A stretch of 64,000 nt of DNA from Piromyces finnis finn (lineage: Eukaryota; Fungi; Neocallimastigomycota), in assembly GCA_002104945.1 (NCBI GenBank), contig MCFH01000018.1, forward strand, positions 124,001 to 188,000. The letters are read 5' to 3'. Below are positions 63,645 through 64,000 of this stretch, piece by piece. A program made the position numbers and the translations under genes. Each line of letters opens with the position of its first letter. Positions within the stretch are counted from its first letter, which is position 1. Below the pieces are notes generated by a model that made no database searches, was not told the origin of the DNA, and saw only the letters and a list, made by a program, of their open reading frames with translations.

Positions 63645-64000
63645 CTGTATGCTTTAACAAGGTATTTGAGGATTCCAATACTTTCAGGAATTTGTGCTGC
63701 GCAACAAGTGAAATACTATGTTAAATGGAGAAAATTAAATTGTATTATTAAAGAACTCGTCCGATCTATTCTTCCCATATCTCTTGGGCCAAAAAAATCT
63801 TGTTCACTACCTAAGAAACTTATTAAAATAAATATTAAAAGTACTAAAGATATTAGAGAACATGATTGGAAAAATAGTAGCCTAAATAATGGAAGTAAAA
63901 CCCTCAGATATGCTAACAAAAAATTCCTTATGAATTCAAATCGGTTAATGCCTATTGATCTCAACAAACCTCACATAAACTTAGGAATTACTTAGATTAT
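63645..64000 (+). mobile_element. 5'-truncated, decayed LINE-B family fragment running off the window
   Basis: Aligns with LINE-B ~30071-30430 (LSGICAAQQVK..KWRK..CIIK.LVRSI), with indels. Confidence 0.9.

Overview
Very AT-rich, intron-containing eukaryotic DNA. Gene content (intronless GH5_4 cellulase, giant ankyrin gene, ABCA transporter, GT-AG introns) points to an anaerobic gut fungus (Neocallimastigomycota); this is inferred. Left to right: a partial coiled-coil gene; four paralogous secreted, probably GPI-anchored proteins that each consist only of an Agd3-type CBM87-like domain (three in tandem on -, one on + beyond TMA20/MCTS1); an unexplained GC-richer island at about 16.95-17.42 kb; and a 12-kb LINE cluster. 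That cluster holds an intact single-ORF APE-RT-CCHC element, a truncated sister copy split by a second LINE family with a perfect 14-bp TSD and a hairpin-rich 5' end, and a scrambled relic. After it come a GH5_4 endoglucanase with repeat linkers and an unrecognised 6-Cys C-terminal module, TBCE, RAD1, a tyrosine phosphatase, a small Cys-rich membrane protein, a 3164-aa all-ankyrin protein, an ABCA transporter and another LINE fragment. All family calls come from recognising motifs by eye; no database search was run.
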